A DNA stretch of 64,000 nt from Eledone cirrhosa (lineage: Eukaryota), in assembly GCA_964016885.1 (NCBI GenBank), contig OZ024742.1, positions 40,424,001-40,488,000 of the forward strand, in the 5' to 3' direction. The translations under genes were made by a program, and so were the position numbers. A model generated the notes under the pieces. The model was not told where the DNA came from. It did no database searches and saw only the letters and a program-made list of their open reading frames with translations. This document shows positions 13,649 to 27,196 of the stretch, in pieces. Within the stretch, counting starts at the first letter, position 1; every line of letters starts with the position of its first letter.

Positions 13649-13712
13649 GGGAGTAGTTAGCCTTGATAAGCTTCAACAAAAGCGAAACCAGGCCTTGTCG
13701 GCTTATCTCCCC
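13649..13712 (+). ncRNA. Type I minimal hammerhead ribozyme, U3-A8 core variant
   Basis: gggag..agcc-TTGATAA-gctt(caacaa)aagc-GAAA-c(caggcctt)-GTC-ggct..ctccc. The stem III loop contains palindromic AGGCCT. Confidence 0.75.
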
Positions 13713-13900
13713 TGTTTGCTGAGATCAAAGTAAGTGAATTTGTCACTACTCTAAAAAACAATAGCTTACGGTCTTCAAAATGCTTTTAATTAAGCATAAG
13801 GTGTATTGCAAAATACACTATATATACATCCATATATATATTGCTATTTCACAGCTCCAATTCTAATTTTTAATATATATATATATATATATAAACTTTG

Positions 13901-13963
13901 TATTTTATCTGAGGAAAGCGTACCAATGTGTCTTGGTACCCTTGAAATATATATAATAAAATA
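13901..13963 (+). ncRNA. Type I minimal hammerhead ribozyme, intact core
   Basis: tattttat-CTGAGGA-aagcgtaccaa(tgtgtc)ttggtaccctt-GAAA-t(atat)-ATA-ataaaata. Stem I is a perfect 8 bp, stem II pairs 10/11, and predicted cleavage is after 13955. Confidence 0.8.
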
Positions 13964-14097
13964 AATATGGTTTTATAAATATAGTTCCCATTTATTTAAT
14001 ATCATTGAAGATTTACTCCACTATCTTGTTGAGTACTCTAAATCAGTTATAAACATTTATATTTGTCGGACTTCCAACAAATTAAATACCCCTTCTA

Positions 14098-14220
<123 letters not shown>

Positions 14221-14335
14221 TTCTTTCTATTGGCAATATTTGCATCATGACCATCCACAAATATAACAATATATAGATATGTTTAACCCTTGGAAGCAGC
14301 GAAAGGGGTATGTTAAAATGACAATGATGATGATG

Positions 14336-14367
<32 letters not shown>

Positions 14368-14368
<1 letters not shown>

Positions 14369-14517
14369 GGTTTATCCTAGGTTCAATCAGGGATAACCAC
14401 ATAAAGTAAGGTACTCAATACATAGCAGAGTATAAATATTTAATTTAGAAATGGCTTCTACAGGACGAGAACTGTTTCGTATGGGAGAAATCATCAGGCT
14501 TCCTGATGATTTCTCCC

Positions 14518-14520
<3 letters not shown>
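14368..14520 (-). mobile_element. Truncated pseudo-LTR-like element with partial HHR and terminal hairpin, embedded in (TA)n
   Basis: Minus strand reads CTGATGA...GAAAcagttctcGTCctgtagaag. Hairpin gggagaaatcatcagg/cctgatgatttctccc. Same family as 29105-29279. Confidence 0.6.
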
Positions 14521-15563
<1,043 letters not shown>

Positions 15564-15603
15564 AATCAGGAAAGAAGACTGCATATAACAATTATTTGTT
15601 ACC

Positions 15604-15638
<35 letters not shown>

Positions 15639-15654
15639 TATTTATGTATATGTA

Positions 15655-15975
15655 TATATTGAAGTTGGACAGAAAATTCTTGCTGTTTTACAAAAGGAGG
15701 TATGTTGAATGTTGCACATACACACATATAGAAGAAGTTGCATTGGTATGCACCATGTGCATTTCTCATTTTCTGTTATGCCATCGAAGGGGAAGCAACA
15801 TGGTCTATCCAAATTGTTTATTCATGGCTGTTTTCTTTATGACTTCAAACCTGGCCTAAGTGCTGCATCATCGAGTTGTTGCATTAACAATGCATTTGGG
15901 TCACACACCATGTCTGCACACAGTGCCAAGGACTAGTTCACATGATTCTGTTCTGGTGATTACAGCCTCGAAGAG
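15655..15975 (+). pseudogene. Mariner-family transposase 5' remnant (N-terminal HTH)
   Basis: HGCFLYDFKPGLSAASSSCCINNAFGSHTMSAHSAKD*FT*FCSGDYSLEE resembles the mariner pattern LYEF..G..A....IN.AFG..VS..T...WF..F.SGD.SLE, with in-frame stops. Confidence 0.8.
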
Positions 15976-17228
15976 GATGTGTGTCTGTGTGTCTGTGTAT
16001 GTATATATATATATGTTTATTTGAAAATATTACACATGATGTAATCACATAGAAGCCCCCTCCTAGCTCAACAGAATATGCTTTTTATACCATATTGCTC
16101 TTGATGTGTGATTTAATTGAAACTGCATGGAAAAACAATTTATATAATGAATATGATTTACAAAAGGAACAAATCAATAGATATTAATCAGAGGGAAAAA
16201 GAAGAGATGACCTGCACACTCAGTTACACACTACAACAAGGAATGTTGGCATTTCCCTATAAAAATTGTTGAGGCTAGTGAAGACACTCATGGTACTGCT
16301 GTGGGGATTAAACCTTGTTTTGACCTGTATCTGCATAGAAATAAAACAGGGATTAAAATCACAAGGATAATTTAAGAGCCAATGGATGAAATAGTTGATA
16401 GAATCTAAGACTAGAATTAAACCTTTTCATAACAAACCATTTGAAACTGCTCTAGTGCTATGATAAGAAGCAGTTTACTTTAAAGTATATTTATCTAAAA
16501 AAACCTTTCATCATCATAAAGTTATTTTCCCAAATCCATCTTTTTAATGAGAAAGTTATTATATTACTAAATCCTTCCAAGGAAGGTCAAGACAGTATCT
16601 GTGTCTACCAAGGTCCCCTTTGCCTTTCATCCTTTCAGGGTCGATAAAGAAGGTACTTGTTTAGTGCTGGTGTAGCACCCTTTCTTTCCAGCTAATATAT
16701 CTTGAATGTTCTGCTGGATCAAATGAAGGAAGATTAAGAGGGTATCTGTGTCTGCTCATGACTGCGTAGATACCTGAAACCTTAGTGTAAGCCTAGTAGT
16801 TACTAAGTCATACTCAATTACAAGTGATGGTTGTTAACTGAACTAACTAATGTGGCAACATCGTTATTTAGTTTACAATTTGGATTAATATCAGCTGTAT
16901 TGCGTTTATCAATATATCTTATAGACACTAAACATTAACATACTCACAAACACACATATACATTAAGGCAAAGTTATACATATATTTACATATGTGTGTA
17001 TATACACATTTGGATGTGCACACACAAGAGAAACCATAAATACATGTTAGCAGAGTTTATTTATTATATTGAGTGAATCAAGAGCTTCTAATGAATATGC
17101 ATACAGATATACACACACGCACACACATATATATACATACACATATACATGTATGAGCATATGTATTTGGCTGACCAGTGTTGTGAGTGAATTTGGCTGA
17201 TCAATGTTGTGAGTGAATTTGATAACAC

Positions 17229-18762
17229 TTAACCGTTTAGCATTTACTTTACTCTATATATACTATTGTATTTTCATGGTAAAGGCTTTACTTCACATAA
17301 CATTTACATTACTCTATATATACTATTGTATTTTCATGGTAAAGGTTTTACTTCACATAACATTTACATTACTCTATATATACTATTGTATTTTCATGGT
17401 AAAGGCTTTACCTTACGTAACATTTACATTGCTCTATATATACTATTGTATTTTCATGGTAAAGGCTTTACCTTACGTAACATTTACATTACTCTATATA
17501 TACTATTGTATTTTCATGGTAAAGGCTTTACCTTACGTAACATTTACATTACTCTATATATACTATTGTATTTTCATGGTAAAGGCTTTACCTTACGTAA
17601 CATTTACATTACTCTATATATACTATTGTATTTTCATGGTAAAGGCTTTACCTTACGTAACATTTACATTACTCTATATATACTATTGTATTTTCATGGT
17701 AAAGGCTTTACCTTACGTAACATTTACATTACTCTATATATACTATTGTATTTTCATGGTAAAGGCTTTACCTTACGTAACATTTACATTACTCTATATA
17801 TACTATTGTATTTTCATGGTAAAGGCTTTACCTTACGTAACATTTACATTACTCTATATATACTATTGTATTTTCATGGTAAAGGCTTTACCTTACGTAA
17901 CATTTACATTACTCTATATATACTATTGTATTTTCATGGTAAAGGCTTTACCTTACATAACATTTACATTACTCTATATATATACTATTGTATTTTCATG
18001 GTAAAGGCTTTACTTCACATAACATTTACATTACTCTATATATACTATTGTATTTTCATGGTAAAGGCTTTACTTCACATAACATTTACATTACTCTATA
18101 TATACTATTGTATTTTCATGGTAAAGGCTTTACTTCACATAACATTTACATTACTCTATATATACTATTGTATTTTCATGGTAAAGGCTTTACTTCACAT
18201 AACATTTACATTACTCTATATATACTATTGTATTTTCATGGTAAAGGCTTTACCTTACATAACATTTACATTACTCTATATATACTATTGTATTTTCATG
18301 GTAAAGGCTTTACTTCACATAACATTTACATTACTCTATATATACTATTGTATTTTCATGGTAAAGGCTTTACTTCACATAACATTTACATTACTCTATA
18401 TATACTATTGTATTTTCATGGTAAAGGCTTTACTTCACATAACATTTACATTACTCTATATATACTATTGTATTTTCATGGTACAGGCTTTACTTCACAT
18501 AACATTTACATTACTCTATATATACTATTGTATTTTCATGGTAAAGGCTTTACTTCACATAACATTTACATTACTCTATATATACTATTGTATTTTCATG
18601 GTAAAGGCTTTACTTCACATAATAGTGAATCTATGAGATTTTGAATCTATTTTGAAAACAACATCTTAACATTAGTATGAGTGTCTGGTTACAGCCAGTT
18701 TGAACAGAAAGAGGTGAGAGAATTCTGGCCAGATACAGCTGGTTTAAATGCCGAAGGGTTAA
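17229..18762 (+). mobile_element. piggyBac-like MITE family B with an expanded 60-bp minisatellite (~23 units, 17240-18620)
   Basis: ttaa-CCGTTTAGCATTTA ... TAAATGCCGAAGGG-ttaa termini. Unit catttacattactctatatatactattgtattttcatggtaaaggctttacttcacataa. Confidence 0.85.
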
Positions 18763-18994
18763 GCAACCGGTGCTGTTTGTCATGTCTGACAGAAACAGTA
18801 TGCCCTGCTGCTTAGCAGTTCAATGGATGAGGATCAATAGAAAAAGTATTTTACTTAAAAGCAAGTGAGAATTGGCCAGAGGAAGGGCATGCAGGGCTTG
18901 AACACTGTCTCAGTCTCTTCCAACCCATGCCACCATAAAAGAGTGGACATAAAGATGATGATGATGGTTATTGAACCATAATGATGATAATGAT

Positions 18995-19214
18995 AATAAT
19001 GGTTTCTAATTCAGACACAAGGCCAACAATTTATGGGGAGGCAAGAGGTTATTACATCGACCCCAGTATATGACTGGTATTTTATTTTATCGACCCCAAA
19101 AAGATGAAAGGGAAAATAGACCTTGGTGGGATTTGAACTCAGGATGTAAATAGCCAGAATAAATGCCGCAAAGCATTTTCTCCAACACTCTAACAATTCT
19201 GCCAATCCACCACC
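18995..19214 (-). mobile_element. tRNA-derived SINE (family 1)
   Basis: Reverse complement of the 33649 family (ctgagttcaaatcc, tttcatc.tt..ggggtcgataaaataa). Confidence 0.75.
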
Positions 19215-20009
19215 CTCCTGATAATAATGATGATGATGATGACATTGATAATGACAATGATGTATAGTAAAGTATTAGGTTTATTATTAGCACCTGTTTA
19301 GCAGGTGGATGAGTTGATACTTATGAGTTGATACAGGTGCAATAAATAATCTCTCTTGCTTGACATTTGTAAATCAAAGGAGTATATCAGTGTGCAATGG
19401 TTATTTTATTGAGTTTGTATTGGAGAAAACCTAAACTCCAGATTGTGTCTGTTCAGTGAAATCTCACAAATATTCTCCAAATTAAATAGGAATGTAAGAA
19501 GTGAGTGACTAGTTTCATATCCAGGGGTGTATTTATCTCTCATCAGTTTTATTGCAACAAAACACAGATAAAATGCAGATCTGAATGTTTTACTATATCC
19601 ATCTTCATTTATTTTTGTCACAAGTAATTTTTAACAACACAAACGAAATGTATATGTCATAAACACATCACTTCTAATGTATAAGTTTAACTGTCAAGCT
19701 TCAAGTTTCAAATTCTATTGGCAAAGAGAAAACTGTATAAAATTTCATGAAATATATATCTACAATAAATGAGGTAGTAAAAATAAGCCAACAATATTGC
19801 ACATCCTGATGATGAGACAGTGAAAGTCTAGAAATGTTAAACAAATTATGGATTTAGAAACTTTCTCGTTCAAAATGAAGTGCAAAGGACTTATAAAGAA
19901 AATATGAAATAAAGCTAATACAATAAGTTAAAATTCTAACAGTCTTGTTTTTTAACAACACATCTAATAGAAAGGCTGTTTCTCATATATATAAATTTAC
20001 ACATAAATA

Positions 20010-20051
<42 letters not shown>

Positions 20052-20174
20052 TATATGTGTGCATCAGTTTTTTTTAGGATATCTGCATCTATATAGAAAA
20101 TGATGCACAGCACATCAAAGAAATATTATATTTAGATACACATGGGTACAAATATTATTTACAATACACTTATG

Positions 20175-20285
20175 ATATCTATTCAATGAATCCTCCATTA
20201 GCTTCAATGACTGCTTCAATACAGGGTTTGATGTGTTGGCATGTCTGAATCAGATGACTACTAACGATACTGGACATTGTGATGG
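20175..20285 (-). pseudogene. Tc1/mariner-superfamily transposase C-terminal remnant
   Basis: Minus strand HLIQTCQHIKPCIEAVIEANGGFIE* matches the typical C-terminus R.EAVI.A.GG..E. Confidence 0.7.
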
Positions 20286-20300
20286 TAATAGCGGACATGT

Positions 20301-20477
20301 GAAGGTGCATGGCTTAGTGGTTAGAGCATTGGGCTTGCAATCGAAAGGTTGTGAGTTCAATTCTCGGACCGGGTGATGTGTTGTTTCCTTGAGCAAGACA
20401 CTTTATTTCAAGGCACTTTATTGTTCCAGTTTACTCAGCTGTAGAAATGAGATGATAGGACTGGGGTCCCTATCATT
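20301..20477 (+). mobile_element. tRNA-derived SINE (family 2), 5' part
   Basis: A-box tggcttagtgg, B-box gagttcaattc and core tccttgagcaagacacttt. Confidence 0.8.
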
Positions 20478-20689
20478 AAATCACCCAAGACACCTCCAAC
20501 GAGATATACCTTGGAGGAGGCCAGCTAAACTTGCACACACAATAGCGGATATGAGAGATTCCATAGTGTTGAAAGGGTAATGATTGACCTCTCTTTCAAC
20601 TACGCCCCATACGGGTTGGGATTACATCAGAAATGATTCAATCCTAACAATTTTGAAGGGATTGGCATTAAAGATTATGTCTGAAAGTG

Positions 20690-21190
20690 CATAGCTGCAG
20701 ATAAAGTGGAGACAGTGTTTATGGAAGGCATAAAGTTTATAAATATGGCTGTGATAAAGACTGAGCTATATAAGAGTATTGTGAATACCACTGCATAAAC
20801 TGCAACTTTTATTTGCAGGGATATACCTCTGACACCCCATAGATGATGATGTCATTTGCCAAAGGCATCAGACACTTTAGAGATGTGATTGATGATCTCA
20901 TCATCCAGAGATTCAGAGCAGTTCACCTTGCTGCCAAGGTAAGTAAAGCAGTTCACATACTTCAGATCGTTGCTATCAACAGTGATGCTTGTGCCCTGGC
21001 TGTCCATCCCAACATCTACTTGTCAGGGGTGGTTATCCACATTGATGTACCTCCTCAGTCTTCTTAATGATGATTGTTAAACCAAAAACTTTACAGCCAA
21101 GTGAGAAGCAGTTCATCAGTTCTTGTGCCTCTCCAAGGGATGTTGCAACAAGTGCAGCTTCATCAGAAATCAGTAAAGCATGAATAACAC
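20690..21190 (-). mobile_element. Decayed RTE-type RT fragment
   Basis: Minus strand gives ITVDSNDLKYVNCFTYLGSKV...LDDEI. Confidence 0.65.
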
Positions 21191-21726
21191 TTATTCCTAT
21201 TAATGCTTTTGCCTTAGGTTAGCTTTGCCTCTCATCCTTTCGGGGTTGATAAAATAAAATACCAGTAATACACTGGGGTTTATTTAATCAACTTTCTCCT
21301 TCCCTTCAAATTGCTGGCCTTGTGCCAAAATTAGAAAGAATTATTATGGTGAGAAATTGCCAGAATCTGTGTCAGATGTGATTCCACACATTTTACGTTC
21401 TGACTTCAAATACTGCCAGGGTCAACCTGGGCCTTTATCCTTCCAGACTTGATAAAATAAATTACCATTGAAGTACTGGATTGATAAAATAAAACAACAT
21501 AGAAGAAAGAAAGAAAGAAAGAAAGGAAAAGAAGAAGAAGAAGAAAAAGAAGAAGAGAGGGGAGGAGGAGGAACCATGCCATGGTGAATGAGTAATGACA
21601 ATAATGACAAATGTTTCAGCTAGCCAACAGAATATTTAATGTGATGTTCCACCATATGTTGTAGGTTGTGTTTCATGGAAGTTACTGAAATATTGAAATA
21701 AACTTTGAAAAGTAAATTTTATATTG

Positions 21727-23515
21727 ATTGATTTGAGAGGGGGATGTGGGAGAAGGGGAGTGATTTGAGAGGGGGATGTGGGAGAAGGGGAGTGATTTGA
21801 GAGGGGGATGTGGGAGAAGGGGAGTGATTTGAGAGGGGGATGTGGGAGAAGGGGAGTGATTTGAGAGGAGGATGTGGGAGAAGGGGAGTGATTTGAGAGG
21901 GGGACGTGGGAGAAGGGGAGTGATTTGAGAGGGGGATGTGGGAGAAGGGGAGTGATTTGAGAGGGGGATGTGGGAGAAGGGGAGTGATTTGAGAGGGGGA
22001 TGTGGGAGAAGGGGAGTGATTTGAGAGGAGGATGTGGGAGAAGGGGAGTGATTTGAGAGGGGGACGTGGGAGAAGGGGAGTGATTTGAGAGGGGGACGTG
22101 GGAGAAGGGGAGTGATTTGAGAGGGGGACGTGGGAGAAGGGGAGCGTATGAGCGGGGGATGTGGGAGAAGGGGAGCGTATGAGCGGGGGATGTGGGAGAA
22201 GGGGAGCGATTTGAGAGGGGGATGTGGGAGAAGGGGAGTGATTTGAGAGGGGGATGTGGGAGAAGGGGAGCGATTTGAGAGGGGGATGTGGGAGAAGGGG
22301 AGCGATTTGAGAGGGGGATGTGGGAGAAGGGGAGCGATTTGAGAGGGGGATGTGGGAGAAGGGGAGCGATTTGAGAGGGGGATGTGGGAGAAGGGGAGTG
22401 ATTTGAGAGAGGGGTGTGGGAGAAGGGGAGTGATTTGAGAGGGGGACGTGGGAGAAGGGGAGTGATTTGAGAGGGGGACGTGGGAGAAGGGGAGTGATTT
22501 GAGAGGGGGATGTGGGAGAAGGGGAGTGATTTGAGAGGGGGACGTGGGAGAAGGGGAGTGATTTGAGAGGGGGACGTGGGAGAAGGGGAGTGATTTGAGA
22601 GGGGGATGTGGGAGAAGGGGAGTGATTTGAGAGGGGGACATGGGAGAAGGGGAGTGATTTGAGAGGGGGACGTGGGAGAAGGGGAGCGTATGAGCGGGGG
22701 ATGTGGGAGAAGGGGAGCGTATGAGCGGGGGATGTGGGAGAAGGGGAGCGTATGAGCGGGGGATGTGGGAGAAGGGGAGCGTATGAGCGGGGGATGCGGG
22801 AGAAGGGGAGCGATTTGAGAGGGGGATGTGGGAGAAGGGGAGTGATTTGAGAGGGGGATGTGGGAGAAGGGGAATGTATGAGAGGGGGACGTGGGAGAAG
22901 GGGAGTGATTTGAGAGGGGTATGTGGGAGAAGGGGAGTGATTTGAGAGGGGGATGTGGGAGAAGGGGAGCGTATGAGCGGGGACGTGGGAGAAAAGGAGT
23001 GATTTGAGAGGGGGGGGGGGAGAAGGGGAGTGATTTGAGAGGGGGATGTGGGAGAAGGGGAGTGATTTGAGAGAGGGACGTGGGAGAAGGGGAGTGATTT
23101 GAGAGGGGGATGTGGGAGAAGGGGAGTGATTTGAGAGGAGGATGTGGGAGAAGGGGAGTGTATGAGAGGGTTATGTGGGAGAAGGGGAGTGATTTGAGAG
23201 GGGAATGTGGGAGAAGGGGAGTGATTTGAGAGGGGGTGTATGGGAGAAGGGCTGTAAAGAAGGGGCGGGGATGTGGGAGAAGGGCTGTGAAGTGGGGAGA
23301 GGGTGTTGGAGAAGGGGAGTGAAGAGGAGGCAGGGATGTGGGAGAAGTGGAGTGAAGAGGAGAGTGGGATGTGGGAGAAGGGGAGTGAATAAGGGAGGGG
23401 AATGTTGGAAAAGGGGAGTGAAGAGGGGATGGGGATGTGGGAGAAGGGCTGAGAGAAGGGCTGTGAAGAGGAGAGGGGCGAGTAGGAGAAGAGCTGTGAA
23501 GGGGGACGGGGAGAG
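21727..23515 (+). repeat. 32-bp purine-rich minisatellite (tgatttgagagggggatgtgggagaaggggag), ~55 units, degenerate at the 3' end
   Basis: Period of 32 read directly. Confidence 0.95.
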
Positions 23516-24170
23516 GTTTTCAATGTAATTCCTTTACTACATGTTCCCAACCACCACCATGACCACTACCACGCAATCCCTTCCCCTTACATCTTCAGTG
23601 AAAGTAAAAGTAATGATGACTGAGCAAAAGCAATGAAACACATACTGTAATCCTTCTATCAAATGTAATAATCACTTCATGTGGATCATTAATTCTGCTG
23701 AAAATTGCTGAGATCTAGTGAAAATCAAACACACTACCTTTCATCTGTATCTCAATGTGCCTTTGATATAGATTTAGTGGTGAGTGGTTTGATGAAAATA
23801 TCCAAATCAAATATAACCACATTGTTTGTTTGAAGATCAGGTTGTGTCAATTTTAACAAACAGTGTCTGGAGGGGAGTGATTAACAAATCTCTCAAAAGT
23901 ACAAAAGAATATTAGTGAATAAAACTGAGTGTTTGTTCAATGTGACAATATTGCAGAGGAAAGGAAAGAAAACCAAAAGAAAAAAACAACAGAAATACAT
24001 GTCTTGTGTTGGGAGTAGTATTAAAGAGAGAGAGAGTGTGTGTGTGGGGTGGGGGGGACTGAAGCAACATTATTTCAATATTTAGTTGCAACCCAATTCA
24101 TTTTATTCATGTCATCAAATTCCCAAGAGAAAACCATAAATATTCTAGCTTCCTGTTTTTATTCATCCCC

Positions 24171-24345
24171 GGCAGTGGATTGGCAGTATCAGTAGAGCAT
24201 CAGACACCATGCTTTGCAACATAGGGTTATGGCCCTTTATGTTCTGAATTCAAATCCCGCCAAGGTTAACTTTGCCTTTCATCCTTTCTGAGAGATAAAC
24301 AGAAGCACCAGTAATGCACTTGTGCCAAAAGTAGAAACAATTATT
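24171..24345 (+). mobile_element. tRNA-derived SINE (family 1)
   Basis: ggcagtggattggcagtatcagtagagc...ttcaaatcccgccaaggttaactttgcctttcatcc. Confidence 0.8.
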
Positions 24346-24464
24346 CAAAGCCAGATAAGAGTGATGGACTAACAAAAGAGTTAGAGCATCAGACAAAATA
24401 TTCTATAGTAGTTACCTTCTGAGTTCAAATCCTGCCAAGGTTAACTTTAACATTCTTCCTTCCA

Positions 24465-24805
24465 TCTATATTAATAAAGCTGACTGCTGTATGTATGTAA
24501 CAAACTTTTGGCAAAACGGCTGGACTAAACAGCACCAAATTTGCACCATAGATGTAACTGTTTTCAAGGAAGAAAGTGAGGGTCTACTAAATTTCGTTAT
24601 TATTGATTGAAGATATTTTATTATTTATCTAAATATTCACTTCTTTAAAATGTTCAAATGTCAACACTTCCGGTTAGCGATCGCTTAAATAAACATTCAT
24701 ATATTTTGCAGTTTATATATAATATTGTATTTTTTTTTATGTATTATGGATTAAATTTCTGTGTATATTGTCAATCTCTATCTATATTAATAAAGCTGAC
24801 TACAT
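24465..24805 (+). mobile_element. Non-autonomous Helitron-like 5' fragment
   Basis: Starts a|TCTATATTAATAAAGCTGACT (repeated at 24781), followed by tgtatgta..aaaacggctggac..accaaatttg. No clear CTAG 3' end was found. Confidence 0.5.
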
Positions 24806-25302
24806 TACTGGTACTTTATTATATGTAATATATATAATACAACATTCCTCTCTTTCTTACTCTGTCTTTTTAGATAGATACATAGCTATAACGTTGCGTG
24901 CTTATAATATCTGTCTGTCTGTCTGCCTGTCTGTCTGTCTGAATTGACTTCGCTTCTAACCAACTTTTAATTAATTATATATATATAAATAATTATATAT
25001 TCGTGTACATATTTGTTCTAATAACTGTCAGTTCGTCCCCTTCATATCTCATACGCAATTAAACATGTTTTATAGAAATTAAACATGTTCTATATTTGAA
25101 ATCCTGACAGATTCATAAGTTACATGGCATTTAGTTTTCATAAAGTTCAAACCTCAGTTTCTGATTCCAAATTTAGACTACTTTTTTCACTTATATCACT
25201 GATGCTTTTGAAGAAAACAAAGTCATACAAACACACATATGTACCCTTAGACACCTTTTGTTTATTTCAAATTATCATTACTATCTTATTTATTGTCTAA
25301 AG

Positions 25303-25595
25303 CAGTCCTGAGCAACCTGCGGTCCACGAAGCTTTCTGAATGGCTCGCCTAAGTCACCTAAGTGAAATATTTCTGATTTTTTTACCCCAACTTTTCAGTC
25401 ATAATTTATCTTTCTTTCATTTTTACGATCGAGGAAAACAATGTGTACGAATTCTGAAGAAACAAATCAAAACAACCTGAGTTACCACCCTTTTTTTTTA
25501 AAATGTGGGCACAATGTAAATTAGCACTTGCAGCCCGCCTGATGATAAGCCATATCTCATGCGACCCGCTTCTCGTAAAAGGCTGCCCATGCCTG
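25303..25595. mobile_element. hAT-type MITE with perfect 8-bp TSD GTCTAAAG
   Basis: CAGtcctgagcaacc ... ggctgcccatgcCTG. TSD at 25295-25302 and 25596-25603. Confidence 0.85.
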
Positions 25596-26639
25596 GTCTA
25601 AAGTCACACACAAGTTCAAATATTTTAAGCAAACAGGCAACAACAGCATACAGTGGTTTACTTCATGGATGTGTGTCAACTAACCATGCACATTGTTGTG
25701 TGGCTGGACTTCAATAGAACATCTATTTGTTAAACAAAAAATCATAAAAGACTAAATAAAAAGGTGAAGAGCTTACTGATTAAAGTGTGAAGAGGGCAGT
25801 TACCATTACATTATTATTACTGTGATCTATTTTTGACAAAGGCTTTTAACACAAAAACACAATTCACTTAGGTGTAAATTAGTACTAAATGGAGGTAGAG
25901 GTTTCCAGTGTTTGACACTACATAGTTAATTACGATTTCTTTAGATTGCAAAAATGGCCCTAACCCTTTCAATATCAAGCTACCTGAAATCGCTCCTGAT
26001 CCTACAACACAAAGCTGTTTATTTTAATGTGCTTATATTCATCTAAAAAAAGGTTCCATATGCAAACCTTTGTGGAGTATGCTCCAAAGAAACACCAGCT
26101 TAATAATGAGAACATTAGTTATATTACAAATTCGTTATTATTTCTACAATATTGGCAGTATCTTTCATTAGAAATATGATTATGAAAGGTTAAATCAATA
26201 TGATTAGCTTGGTGAGGGATGGTTTCAATCTAGATGGCTTGCACTGAATCAGGATGCAAAGCAAGCAGTGGTGTTCCAATAATCTAATCCAATCCAGATG
26301 ATTTGTTCTGAATAAGGCTACAAGCTATCAGTGATGCTCTAATAATTTAATTCAAGGAAATATCTCATACAGAAGAAATATTCAATGCAATAATTCATTT
26401 TATATAAGGTGATGGATTTTGTTGTTATTTCGCCTAAGGCCAGCCTTGATTGAGTAGACTTATGATCAAAGGTGTTATAACCTAGATGTTATTTCTAGCA
26501 GATCATACGATCACATTGAGGCTCCCTCTCTCATATAACTGATTGGTGTGTGTCCAACAGATTAAAAGTAAGTTCTTTGCAAGCCAAATCTGCAATGTAG
26601 GTTTGGTTCCTGAGTGAGTTATTCCTCTTCCTTTATACC

Positions 26640-27010
26640 TCATACTTAAAATTTCTAAAAGCCTTCTACCATGTTTGGCACAAGGGTTTGTGGCAGATGA
26701 TGAATGATTACAACTCTCATTCAAGTAATCAAAGCACTATACGAAAACTCAAACAAGACAGTTCTCTTGAATAACAACATTGAAGAATTCTTCAGGAAAA
26801 GAGTGAGAGCTCACCAAGGATGTCTCCTTTTTTTCAACATCTTCCAGAACATTATGCAAGAGACATTCCAAGACTTGCATACCTTTGTTTCCATTGGAGG
26901 ATGACCCATTTACAACCTGTGCTTTGATGCTGATATTGACCTGCTAGAAGCAATGAAGCAGAATTCTAGGAGATCCCACAAATATCATGAGCATATGGAA
27001 TGGAGACATG
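26640..27010 (+). mobile_element. Decayed LINE RT fragment
   Basis: LIQVIKALYENS..VLLNNNIEEFFR..VRAHQGCLL.FNIF...SIGG. Confidence 0.75.
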
Positions 27011-27163
27011 GCATGACAACCTCAGCTTTTAAAGTAACCTACAGGATACTTTAAGTAAGACATCTGATCTTTAGTTTTCTTGTGCAAGAAATAAAAATGT
27101 CATCTCATATTCATGGTTACTCTAACCCTCATGTCCTCTCTCCATTCTGTGTGCATGCATGTG

Positions 27164-27196
<33 letters not shown>

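Larger units (their letters stand above)
13415..13850. mobile_element. Fold-back element: 108-bp inverted arms (13451-13558 / 13605-13712), preceded by an 18-bp unit repeated three times
   Basis: The arms are near-perfect reverse complements. ggggagataaggcgacaa occurs at 13415, 13433 and 13451. Confidence 0.85.

Noticed and set aside
17213-18644. 263-456 aa repetitive ORFs; superficially CRISPR-like periodicity
   Set aside because: Head-to-tail 60-bp tandem repeat with no unique spacers, inside a MITE, in a eukaryotic context with no cas genes.
20301-20372. tRNA gene-like sequence (also 31950-32019)
   Set aside because: It continues into a SINE core with multiple copies, so it is a SINE head and not a tRNA gene.
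21682-23550. 622-aa Pro/Ser-rich ORF
   Set aside because: Antisense reading of the 32-bp minisatellite; the period is not a multiple of three.
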